Below, piece by piece: positions 19,215-28,222 of a DNA stretch of 64,000 bases. The stretch comes from Candidatus Poseidoniaceae archaeon (lineage in GTDB: Archaea; Thermoplasmatota; Poseidoniia; Poseidoniales; Poseidoniaceae), in assembly GCA_965662895.1 (NCBI GenBank), contig CBFIJH010000006.1:1-64000 (forward strand), given 5' to 3'. A program made the position numbers and the translations under genes. Every line of letters starts with the position of its first letter. Positions within the stretch are counted from its first letter, which is position 1. Below the pieces are notes generated by a model. The model saw only the letters and a list, made by a program, of their open reading frames with translations. It was not told the DNA's origin and searched no databases.

Positions 19215-22200
19215 ATGGACACTCGTTTTGCGAGGTTTTCAAAGAGCATGGTTGCTCATCGAAGGCGAGTTCATATCGCAGTTTTCATCCTCACATTGTT
19301 CATGATTCCAGGTGCTCTTACAGCTCTCCAACCTATCGATATGGAATCGTATGAGATGGAGTCTCCAGAACTCACTGCCCAAACCATCATCGAAACAGAA
19401 TTTCCAACCAGTGAAATTATCCTTGGATTCGTTGTCTCAGTCCGAGACCCTGCTGAAGTGGAAGATGCAAGCACATGGGAGCCGGCAGCGACCATTGACG
19501 GAGGTACGCCAGATTACACCAACATTCCACCTGCGGATCAGATCATTGAAGCGGGCCAGCCTTGGGTCGGCATTTCAGAACCTGATGGAGGTATCTTGAA
19601 TCTCACCATCCTCAAAGAGATTGATTACAAGGCGAAACTGATTGAAGAACATCCTCTAGGTCAATCGCTTAAGCCGTTGGTAAACGAAGTGACGGGTCAT
19701 CAAACAACGGGTGTTATGTCACTTGCAGACATCTTCCGCGGATTTATGAACAACACATCAATTCTGACCCAGCCAGGTCTCTCACCGCTCGGCGTTCCAA
19801 CCCCAGCACCGACAAACTGGACCGATTGTTTTCCGCTCGATTGTTTGAGTTTTGATGATGTGAACGTTACACAAGCTCACATTGACATGGCTGCAGCACG
19901 CATGGCTGAAGGCAGCAACAACGATTTCTTGCGTTGGATTTCATTGGACCGAGGTTTCGTTTCCGATCTTACCTCGATTCAAAAGGGTCCGATTGGGGGA
20001 TCCCTGGATTCTGAAGGAAACTGGCAGAATGAATTCACTGGTTACGGTCGTTGGAGTGGTTCAGCTTCATGGCTTATCGTTCAACTTGACAGGGCATCGC
20101 TTGAAGAAAGTGGATGGGAAATTGTCTGGAAGGATGCAAAGCAAGAAAAATCAATTCGCACCTCTGACGATGGTTTGGTGATTGGTGGTTATCGCCTTGC
20201 GAACAGCGAGTTGGTTCTCCATCCCCCGCAATACTCAGAAGAATACTGTCTTGAGCTCAAGAAGGAAGAAGGTGCAGGGTGTTCTGTTGAATGGACCTAC
20301 ATGGACCTTGAGGGACATCTTCGCTCCCACGATCGAGCCTCACTGACGCTTCTTGTGGGACAAGGCGTCAATGTCGAAGTCAATCGAGAACTACAATCGT
20401 CCACTGGACTGATTGCGATTATGGGTTTGATTATTCTTGGTCTGCTCTATGTAAGCCTGCGTCGCCTAAGCGACGTGGCCATCGTAGTCGTAGCCTTGGG
20501 TGGAGCCTTGCTGTGGATGCAGGGATTCATTGGCCACATCTCAAACCTCACTGGTCTCTTTGGGTGGGAAATTATTGCCCGCTCGCAATTTTCAAATCTC
20601 TTACCCATCCTTGTTCTCGCCCTTGGAATCGATGATTCCCTCCATGCGTTGCATCGTTACAAGGAAGAGCGAAAAATGGGCAAGAGTGCCTCTGAATCAG
20701 GAACCATTACGCTTACACGAGTCGGGCGGGCAATCCTCCTAACCTCTCTCACAACCATGGCTGCATTCTCTGCGAATTTGTTTTCAGATATTGCTGCATT
20801 GCGCAGTTTTGGAATTGAGGCAGCGATGGGGATTCTCGCAGCATTCCTACTCACTGGATTGTGGGTTCCATTGCTCCGTATGAGCTTTGACGAGTGGCTT
20901 GAAAAGAGAAGTGGCAAGAACATCGAAGAACGACAAATAACCCATCTTGTCCCTGAACGCTGGCTTCGAAATCTTACGATTCAGAGTGGACGATTCAAGA
21001 ATTCCATCGTTATTGCCGTCCTGGCACTGCTGGTAACTGTCCCAGCAAGCATTGCCATGTCAAACCTTGAGGGTGATTTCGCTGTGGAAGATTTTCTTGA
21101 TGAATCTTCGGATTTTGCTCAAGGCGTGAACATCGTAAACGAACGGTTCTCCGATGAAGGGGAGCCCGCAATGTTGCTCATTGAAGGCGATATTCTGGAT
21201 CCTCGCGTCTATGCTGCCATCGATGAGTTACGTCAACGGATGAACACACCCGAAGATGGAATCCCCGAAAAAATAACCAAAACTCCCGATGGAAACATCG
21301 ACCTGCTTGCCCTCGATGAATTGGTCTTTGCAGCACAAGGATCGATGGTATTGAACGACGAGCCGTTCAGAGCACGTGGCTGGAACCCTGACGTGGAAGG
21401 CAATGGAGTCGGCTGCAACACGACGCAAGTTGGCTTTATTGATACTGAAGACAGAGATTGCCTCGCGTTCATGTTTGGATTCCTTTCGCTTGAAGGCGTA
21501 CCAGGGGTTGGCCCAATCCCGTCGATTCCATCAAGCATTGTCAGCCTCTACATCATGCCCAAAGTTGAGCTCAATCCAACGATGCCTTGGCTCGATATCA
21601 ATGGAGAGCCGGCTGAATACCAGCATATGTTGATTCGATTCGGTATCACCGGACCTGAGGATTTCCCTAGTTTGTCACCTGCAATGGAGAAATTATGGAG
21701 AGATCTTGAGGTTTTTACTAATCTCTCAAGTGGCTCAGACACGTCATCGGGAACAGCCCCTACTGAGGAAGAGCCTCTGACATGGGTCATGACAACCGGT
21801 CGGCCAGTGACACGATTTGTTGCATCAACAGAGATGCAAGATGAGATGCAATCCTCTCTTGTTCTTGGGTCGCTCTTTGTGTTCATCTCGCTCGCCATTG
21901 GTTTCCGATCAATCAAGCAAGCACTTGTCACACTGGTGCCAATTTTACTGGTCGTCGTTTGGTTGTATGGGTTAATGGAAGCTGCTGGAGCAAGTCTCAA
22001 CATCGTTACTGTCACCATTGCAACCATTTCGCTCGGTGTTGGCATTGACTATTGCATTCACGTGACGGAACGATACCGTGAGAGTCGAGAAAAAGGCGAA
22101 TCGCACAAGCAAGCACTCCATGCTGTTGGAGGTGCATGCAGTCTTGCCTTGATTGGAAGTGCTGCCTCCGACATCGCCGGTTTTTCCGTCATTGCACTCT

Positions 22201-22340
22201 CTCCAATGGGATTGTTCAGCAATTTTGGAATCTTCTCTGCAGCGATGATTTTCCTCTCGTTGATTGCCAGTCTCGTTCTAACAACAGCAGCATTGGGCCT
22301 TTTGCATCGGTTTACTGCCCCAAGTTCTGAAGAGGAGTAG
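19215..22340 (+). CDS. MMPL/RND-family transporter
   Basis: Two 1+5 TM halves with LGIDDSLH and GVGIDYCIH motifs and large extracellular loops. Confidence 0.9.
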   Translation: MDTRFARFSKSMVAHRRRVHIAVFILTLFMIPGALTALQPIDMESYEMESPELTAQTIIETEFPTSEIILGFVVSVRDPAEVEDASTWEPAATIDGGTPDYTNIPPADQIIEAGQPWVGISEPDGGILNLTILKEIDYKAKLIEEHPLGQSLKPLVNEVTGHQTTGVMSLADIFRGFMNNTSILTQPGLSPLGVPTPAPTNWTDCFPLDCLSFDDVNVTQAHIDMAAARMAEGSNNDFLRWISLDRGFVSDLTSIQKGPIGGSLDSEGNWQNEFTGYGRWSGSASWLIVQLDRASLEESGWEIVWKDAKQEKSIRTSDDGLVIGGYRLANSELVLHPPQYSEEYCLELKKEEGAGCSVEWTYMDLEGHLRSHDRASLTLLVGQGVNVEVNRELQSSTGLIAIMGLIILGLLYVSLRRLSDVAIVVVALGGALLWMQGFIGHISNLTGLFGWEIIARSQFSNLLPILVLALGIDDSLHALHRYKEERKMGKSASESGTITLTRVGRAILLTSLTTMAAFSANLFSDIAALRSFGIEAAMGILAAFLLTGLWVPLLRMSFDEWLEKRSGKNIEERQITHLVPERWLRNLTIQSGRFKNSIVIAVLALLVTVPASIAMSNLEGDFAVEDFLDESSDFAQGVNIVNERFSDEGEPAMLLIEGDILDPRVYAAIDELRQRMNTPEDGIPEKITKTPDGNIDLLALDELVFAAQGSMVLNDEPFRARGWNPDVEGNGVGCNTTQVGFIDTEDRDCLAFMFGFLSLEGVPGVGPIPSIPSSIVSLYIMPKVELNPTMPWLDINGEPAEYQHMLIRFGITGPEDFPSLSPAMEKLWRDLEVFTNLSSGSDTSSGTAPTEEEPLTWVMTTGRPVTRFVASTEMQDEMQSSLVLGSLFVFISLAIGFRSIKQALVTLVPILLVVVWLYGLMEAAGASLNIVTVTIATISLGVGIDYCIHVTERYRESREKGESHKQALHAVGGACSLALIGSAASDIAGFSVIALSPMGLFSNFGIFSAAMIFLSLIASLVLTTAALGLLHRFTAPSSEEE

Positions 22341-22418
22341 CATCGGTGTCTTCTTGAAGGATACCAGTCACGGAAGGATGCGGTCGAATGGGTTGTCCCA
22401 CCGGCGGTAGGTGAAACA

Positions 22419-24128
22419 ATGACGGATGATTCAACACCTGAGGACGAAGACGACTGGATGAAATACGCTCATTCGGGTTTTGGTGCGACCGATTATTCAC
22501 TGTGGGACGATGCTGAAGAAGCAGAGCATGATGACAATGATTTCGAAGAGCCTGAGCAGCTTGAAGAGCATACAGAAGAGATCCCTCGTGCTCCATCTCC
22601 GGCTGGATTGAAACATCTCCTTCGAATGGGAACATGCAACCCTTGCCTAGGACGTCTTGGCGGAAAACGCTCCTTCCAACAGAACGACGAGGATTCAGGG
22701 CAAGAAATCCGCGATACGATAAGTGAAGGAAATCAACGACTGATCAACATACGCAACGAGATTCCATTGTGTCCGTTTTGTGAGAACCTGTTTGAGGAGG
22801 TTGGGCTCCTTACCGATGTGATTGAAGATGCACTCCAAGGCTACGACATTAACAAACTGCAAATTGGAGCTCGATTCCCCAAAGACCAAATCGAGACGGA
22901 AGAAGGCATCAGAAAACGCTACGCAGCCGGTGGTTCAGATGCGTTGAAACCTTCACTTGTCAAATCCATCTCAACAGAATTGAAAAAACGACTCAAGAAC
23001 GTTGATATTGTCAACGACAAACCAGACATTCTCGCTCTTATCGACGTACTCACACTTACCGTTACCCTTGATGTTCGAAGCGCATACATTTACGGGCGTT
23101 ACAAGAAACACGAACGAGGAATCCCTCAGACCCGTTGGCCTTGTCGCGCCTGTAAGGGCAGAGGATGCATCAAGTGCGACCATACTGGCCAACAATACCC
23201 ATCGAGCGTTCAAGACCTCATTGGTAACCCAATCATCGAATTCTTTGATGGACGTGAACATGCCTTTCACGGCATGGGTCGAGAAGATATTGACGTTCGA
23301 TGTCTTGGTCGTGGACGACCGTTCGTCTTGGAAATAAAAGAACCAAAGCGTTGGGACATTGATTACAAGAATGCAATGAAAATCGTAAATGAGCAAGCAA
23401 ATGGTTCAATCGAAATTACCGATGTTCGTCGATCAAATCGAAGTGAGGTTGTGCGCGTAAAAGATACACCTGCAGAGAAATCATACACAATTCGGTTCCG
23501 TGTTGAGCCATTAACGCAACCTGAATTCGATGTCCTTACCGCTCCGCTTGATCTTACCAAAGAAGATGTCCAGAAACGAGGTCGAGGTCGACGGAAGCAT
23601 CGTCGTCGAGGTGATAGGAAGGACAATCCAACAAAACCTCTCGAGCGGGTTGAAGTTTCAATCCTCGAAGAATCGGAATTAAAGAAAATGAAGAAAGCAG
23701 AACTTGTCGAATTGTGTGTTGAGCGCGGCTGTGAATCAAAAGGCGTCAAAGCAGAATTGGTTGCGAATCTTCTTGCTACGAATCCTGAGCCAGTCGAGTA
23801 CCTGCCCCTTCCTAATGAAGCAACAATCCTTGACATTATTGAGAAATTGGAAGGCGTGAATCTTGCCCAACGAACGCCTGAGCGTGTCGCTCACCGGCGT
23901 GCCGATCTAGTTCGTCGCAGAAAGGTCATCGAAACGCGCGGTGCAAAGGTTGACACTGATGACTCTGGCCAAATCTCCGTTGAATTTACGCTTCGTTGCG
24001 AGTCAGGAACTTACGTCAAAGAAACCGTCCATGGCGACGATGGGCGGACACAGCCTTCCATCGCTTCACTGATTAAAGCCAAGTGCACGGTTGAATGGCT
24101 CGATGTTGGAGATATTCACGCTGATTGA
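22419..24128 (+). CDS. pus10: tRNA pseudouridine(54/55) synthase Pus10
   Basis: YGRYKKHERGIPQTRWPC, HGMGREDIDVR, GRPFVLEI, QRTPERVAHRRAD, GTYVKETVHGD. Confidence 0.93.
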   Translation: MTDDSTPEDEDDWMKYAHSGFGATDYSLWDDAEEAEHDDNDFEEPEQLEEHTEEIPRAPSPAGLKHLLRMGTCNPCLGRLGGKRSFQQNDEDSGQEIRDTISEGNQRLINIRNEIPLCPFCENLFEEVGLLTDVIEDALQGYDINKLQIGARFPKDQIETEEGIRKRYAAGGSDALKPSLVKSISTELKKRLKNVDIVNDKPDILALIDVLTLTVTLDVRSAYIYGRYKKHERGIPQTRWPCRACKGRGCIKCDHTGQQYPSSVQDLIGNPIIEFFDGREHAFHGMGREDIDVRCLGRGRPFVLEIKEPKRWDIDYKNAMKIVNEQANGSIEITDVRRSNRSEVVRVKDTPAEKSYTIRFRVEPLTQPEFDVLTAPLDLTKEDVQKRGRGRRKHRRRGDRKDNPTKPLERVEVSILEESELKKMKKAELVELCVERGCESKGVKAELVANLLATNPEPVEYLPLPNEATILDIIEKLEGVNLAQRTPERVAHRRADLVRRRKVIETRGAKVDTDDSGQISVEFTLRCESGTYVKETVHGDDGRTQPSIASLIKAKCTVEWLDVGDIHAD

Positions 24129-24149
24129 GTGGACTTGATTCATCGCGGT

Positions 24150-24222
24150 GCTTATATGCAGTGGGTAGGTCGCAGAGATGCCTCGAATCAGCGTAATGCA
24201 AGTTTCGAACCGTGGAGGTCTG
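24150..24222 (+). promoter_or_regulatory. Putative TATA box (cttatat) and Shine-Dalgarno (ggagg) upstream of rpl21e
   Basis: gcttatatg at ~24150 and ggaggt 7 nt before ATG 24227. Confidence 0.5.
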
Positions 24223-24226
24223 TAAA

Positions 24227-24517
24227 ATGAAGCGATCCAAGGGACAACGAGTAGGGACACGAAGCATCCTTCGTCGACGACGAAAAGACCGTTCTCGAAC
24301 GTACATCAATCGCATCATGCACAGTTACGAAGAAGGTGACCGCGTCGCAATCGTCCTGGACGGTAGCCAACAAATGGGTATGCCTCACCGCCGATTCAAC
24401 GGCCGAACTGGATTCATCCAAAAGCGCCAAGGCGTTGCTTGGGTTGTCTCTGTCAAAGACGGAAACATGCAGAAGACGGTCATTGCCCGCCCAGAACACC
24501 TTCGTCCTCTTGAGTGA
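24227..24517 (+). CDS. rpl21e: 50S ribosomal protein L21e
   Basis: SKGQRVGTRSIL, GMPHRRFNGRTG, IARPEHL. Confidence 0.95.
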   Translation: MKRSKGQRVGTRSILRRRRKDRSRTYINRIMHSYEEGDRVAIVLDGSQQMGMPHRRFNGRTGFIQKRQGVAWVVSVKDGNMQKTVIARPEHLRPLE

Positions 24518-24526
24518 GTGATTGTT

Positions 24527-24889
24527 ATGACTGAAGAAGAGAAAATTGTTGATTTTGCTACAGTTCGAGATCTTTTGCTCGGTGCTCAAGAACGCCGAAG
24601 AGATTTGACCTATGAGCAGCGTGCTGCTCTCTTCCATGCTGAATGGGCAGCAAGCGACAACCGTAATGGATATCCAACAGATGCTGAAGTATTTGCTGCA
24701 CTAAGAGACGCAGTCGCAGAACTCCCATCGTTTGAAAAATATCCGGACTTGGCAGCAAAGATTGCTGAACTTCTGCCATTGAGCGAAATTGAAATCAAAG
24801 CCGTCATGGCCAGTCGTCGTGCATCGATTGATGATGGAGACGTCAACGCAGTCATCGAGCTCGTTCGACAACATGTCGGTATCGAATGA
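24527..24889 (+). CDS. rpo4: RNA polymerase subunit Rpo4 (F)
   Basis: LTYEQRAALFHA and AAKIAELLP HRDC-like pattern; conserved position between rpl21e and DUF655. Confidence 0.85.
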   Translation: MTEEEKIVDFATVRDLLLGAQERRRDLTYEQRAALFHAEWAASDNRNGYPTDAEVFAALRDAVAELPSFEKYPDLAAKIAELLPLSEIEIKAVMASRRASIDDGDVNAVIELVRQHVGIE

Positions 24890-24913
24890 ACCCTCTGAAA
24901 GGAAGTGATTGGC

Positions 24914-25669
24914 ATGAGCCGCCCAGGCCGTGATTATAACCCACGTAAATTCAACAAGTCGAAACCGAGTGTTGACACTTCTATGCCTCCACCTGCAACC
25001 GGTCGGAAGGAGATTCCGAAACCTCAGAAGAAACCTGAGCAACAACGTCAGCAACGTCAATCTCAGCGTCCACAGCAACGTCGCAACAACCGAGGCAACC
25101 AACGGCCTCAACAACGCCGTCGAGACGGTCAGCCACTCTACGACGCGAAATGGGTTCGTGTTGTCGAACACGATATGTCCGAGGGCGTTGTCACAGGATT
25201 CACTGAAGATACTGTCATCCCGTGCCGGATTGCCATCGAATCAAGCGAAGCACTGTTACCAAGCATGCGCATCTATGTGGGTGAGGATGGAAATGAATCA
25301 CCTCACGGTTCAATCCTCGGTGGAGCGCGGATGGATAAGATGTCCAACTCTGCAAAAATGGATTTCCCATTGATTCTTCAGTTGTTTGTTGAAGAACATG
25401 GTAAGCACTTTGTTGACGCCTTCTTCAACAAAGCAGGCAACTTATCGCTTAAGCAACATGCCTTTGAGTTGCTTTCAGGCATTGGCAATAAGAAAGCGTT
25501 ACAAATGGCTGAACTTCGAGGCTCATCCGGATTCTCATCGATGAAAGAACTCAATGAGAAATGCGGAATTGATGCAGCAGAACTACTTGCTCGACGGTTC
25601 TTTTCCGAAGTTGAAGATCGAACGCTTCAGCCTCGACTCATCGACCATTTGTTCCCGGTGAATGCATGA
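24914..25669 (+). CDS. DUF655 family putative RNA-binding protein with Q/R-rich N-terminal extension
   Basis: FFNKAGNLSLKQHAFELLSGIGNK HhH motif; operon position. Confidence 0.85.
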   Translation: MSRPGRDYNPRKFNKSKPSVDTSMPPPATGRKEIPKPQKKPEQQRQQRQSQRPQQRRNNRGNQRPQQRRRDGQPLYDAKWVRVVEHDMSEGVVTGFTEDTVIPCRIAIESSEALLPSMRIYVGEDGNESPHGSILGGARMDKMSNSAKMDFPLILQLFVEEHGKHFVDAFFNKAGNLSLKQHAFELLSGIGNKKALQMAELRGSSGFSSMKELNEKCGIDAAELLARRFFSEVEDRTLQPRLIDHLFPVNA

Positions 25670-26535
25670 TTCCAGCGCGTGATTTGGTCGATCGTCTGAG
25701 GGCATACCAACCACCAAACACTGATTTGGGTCAGCATTTCCTTGTTGATGATGAATTGCTGGAACGCATGGTCGATATTGCCGGGGTTGGTAAAGACGAC
25801 CACGTTCTCGAAATCGGACCCGGACCCGGCACGCTAACTCAGCACCTGTTGGCAAAAGAAGGAAAAGTGACTGCGATCGAAATCGATGATGCACCCATTC
25901 TCCATCTTGACGAAGTTTTTCGTGAAGAACAGAATTCCAAACAGCTTGTTCTTCTTCATGGTGATGCTCTCAAAACCTCATGGCCAGCAGATATTACCAA
26001 AGTCGTCGCCAACATTCCCTACCAAATTTCCTCCCCACTGATTGAGAACTTGACTCGACACCTGAAGCAACAAACAAATTCCCTCACGCATGTCGTACTT
26101 ATGGTTCAACTTGAATTTGCCCAACGCGTTGCAATGAATCACCCAGCCGATGTTGGATCGCTTGGGATGACCGTCGCATTGGATTGGGATGTTGAAGAAC
26201 ATCATCGGGTCTCTCCTCATTCGTTCAGTCCGCAGCCCTCAATTCAATCACAGGTCATCGTACTACGTCCGCATGAAACAATTTTTCCTGTTGACAAAAG
26301 ATTGCTACGTCAAATGATTCATTGTGCATTTGAACAACGTCGAAAGAAAATTCGCTCGACACTGAAAAGGCCACCTCGGCGCATATCGCGAATCAAGGGA
26401 TGGCATGCTCAACGATGGAAAGATGCAATCCAAACGGTTCAGGATTTGGAGATTATGGATGCTCGTCCCGAGGAATTATCAATGGACGATTGGGTTGAAC
26501 TCGCAGAGAAGGTTGAAAAAGGCTCGATGCGATGA
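25666..26535 (+). CDS. rsmA: 16S rRNA m6,2A dimethyltransferase RsmA/KsgA
   Basis: LGQHFL, LEIGPGPGTLT, IEID, VANIPYQISSP, FEQRRKKIR. Confidence 0.95.
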   Translation: MIPARDLVDRLRAYQPPNTDLGQHFLVDDELLERMVDIAGVGKDDHVLEIGPGPGTLTQHLLAKEGKVTAIEIDDAPILHLDEVFREEQNSKQLVLLHGDALKTSWPADITKVVANIPYQISSPLIENLTRHLKQQTNSLTHVVLMVQLEFAQRVAMNHPADVGSLGMTVALDWDVEEHHRVSPHSFSPQPSIQSQVIVLRPHETIFPVDKRLLRQMIHCAFEQRRKKIRSTLKRPPRRISRIKGWHAQRWKDAIQTVQDLEIMDARPEELSMDDWVELAEKVEKGSMR

Positions 26536-26607
26536 AGAAGAGTAAACAGTTGCAGGGGAGGGTTTTCTTAGGGAGGTCCCCTCGCTTGACATTGTCGGAG
26601 GGATAAT

Positions 26608-27699
26608 ATGGCAAAGAAAGACACCTATCTTGCACTACTTCGCCGAGGTATTGACGACTCAACTGCACAACTTCTCGCTGATGCAGGTCTAAAAATTGGA
26701 GACCTCAAGAAAATCGATGCCGAGAAGTTGGTCGAAAACTATGGGCTTAAGCGCGATATTGCCGATGGCGTCATCAGCATCATTTCAGAAGGCCCTCAAA
26801 GTCACGGAAAAGAGCGTTTTCTAGCAAAAGTTCTCGCTCCTGACCGTAAACAGGAAAGTCGTATCGAAGAGATGCGATTTAAACGCAAACAAAAGGACGT
26901 TCTTACAGAACTTGCTGAACAGAAAGAGCGAATTAAACTCGCAAAGGTTACGGCGTTCAAAGACAAGAAGCTCATCATGAACCGATTGGGAAAAACCGTT
27001 GAACTGATTGTAAAACTTGAGAACAGTCTTGATGATGAAGGAAAAGACGATCAAAAAGTCAAAATCCGTGATCAACTTGAAACTCGAGGTCTTGAGGCTG
27101 CTCGCGATCATGAATTGCTTGAATTGGAAGGAACGCCTCAGGACATTGTTGACTTTCGTCGTAAGCACGTTCCCGCACTCATCTTCCATGCCTGTCCAGA
27201 ATGTGGTGATGAAATGGATCCGCGGCAAGCGCGAGACATCGACCAAAAGGAAGACTATGCGCTTATTTGCTGGGAATGCGAAACCAGTTTTCGGCCATCC
27301 CTTAGTGACATGGTGAATGCACGTCTCGAAAACGGGTCTCGGATTGCAATCGATATCGACAAACCTCCTCGGAATCCAGTTCCTCCAAAACCCGCAAACC
27401 TCGGCTTTGCCGATGTCAATGAACAACTCCGTAAGGACCTTGAGGCAACCGGTGCGACCGCTGACCTCATCAGTGCCGAAGTTGAATCGACCGGTTTGAC
27501 GGGTGGCCTTATGGACATCAACGACTGGATTGACCAAACGCTTGCGGTCAAAGGTTACATTCAGGCGCAAGAAGACCGAGAAGACTTCATCCTCCGAACT
27601 GGAGCTGGTGCTACCAAGTTCAACAAATGGATGAAGAAAGCCGGGCTCTTCTTCAACAAGCAAACGGGTCGATGGACGCGTAACAAGCCAGGCCGTTGA
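26608..27699 (+). CDS. Hypothetical protein: N-terminal HhH-like domain, coiled coil, CxxC..CxxC Zn ribbon, basic C-terminal domain
   Basis: Strong SD (ggaggga); MAKKDTYLALLRRGIDDSTAQLLADAG; CPEC and CWEC. Confidence 0.8.
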   Translation: MAKKDTYLALLRRGIDDSTAQLLADAGLKIGDLKKIDAEKLVENYGLKRDIADGVISIISEGPQSHGKERFLAKVLAPDRKQESRIEEMRFKRKQKDVLTELAEQKERIKLAKVTAFKDKKLIMNRLGKTVELIVKLENSLDDEGKDDQKVKIRDQLETRGLEAARDHELLELEGTPQDIVDFRRKHVPALIFHACPECGDEMDPRQARDIDQKEDYALICWECETSFRPSLSDMVNARLENGSRIAIDIDKPPRNPVPPKPANLGFADVNEQLRKDLEATGATADLISAEVESTGLTGGLMDINDWIDQTLAVKGYIQAQEDREDFILRTGAGATKFNKWMKKAGLFFNKQTGRWTRNKPGR

Positions 27700-27723
27700 G
27701 GTGAAAGCATCGCCCAACAAGCC

Positions 27724-28005
27724 GTGGTTCGGTTCTTCCGAGGCGTCCAACTCATCGGACAAGCCATCATCGAACCCAATGTTCCACTTGCTGAACTCGC
27801 AGAAACGGCTGGAGTCACCATACCAACAAACTGTACATCAGGAACATGTGGTACGTGCATGGTGACATTGCTTGAGGGCGATGTTCCACTTCCAGAAGAA
27901 CTACCACCAGGACTGGATGAAGAAATGGTGCAAGAAAAGGCGCGCCTAGGTTGCATTGGGTGCCCATTCGGAGATGTTGATATTGATGTCCGCCCCCCGT
28001 TATGA
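27724..28005 (+). CDS. [2Fe-2S] ferredoxin
   Basis: CTSGTCGTC...RLGC plant-type motif; start codon uncertain. Confidence 0.9.
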   Translation: MVRFFRGVQLIGQAIIEPNVPLAELAETAGVTIPTNCTSGTCGTCMVTLLEGDVPLPEELPPGLDEEMVQEKARLGCIGCPFGDVDIDVRPPL

Positions 28006-28014
28006 GGAGAAAAT

Positions 28015-28167
28015 ATGTTCGAAGAATGGGGAGGAATTGAATGGGTTCTACTTGCAATCAATGCGGTCGCGTTGTACATTGCTGGACGATTTTTGATTCG
28101 GAAACTCAAGAAGAAAATTGAGGAAGTTGAGAAGCGTCAAGCCTTCCAACGACGAACAAAACAGTAA
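28015..28167 (+). CDS. Small single-TM protein (50 aa)
   Basis: Below ORF-track cutoff: MFEEWGGIEWVLLAINAVALYIAGRFLIRKLKKKIEEVEKRQAFQRRTKQ*, preceded by SD gaggag. Confidence 0.7.
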   Translation: MFEEWGGIEWVLLAINAVALYIAGRFLIRKLKKKIEEVEKRQAFQRRTKQ

Positions 28168-28222
28168 ATTTCAAACCCTCTCAATATGAAAGGATTTGAA
28201 AGAGAAGGTATAGACGCTGTCC

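Noticed and set aside
26821-27762. 313-aa antisense ORF
   Set aside because: Shadow of the plus-strand gene 26608-27699, which has an SD and Zn-ribbon motifs
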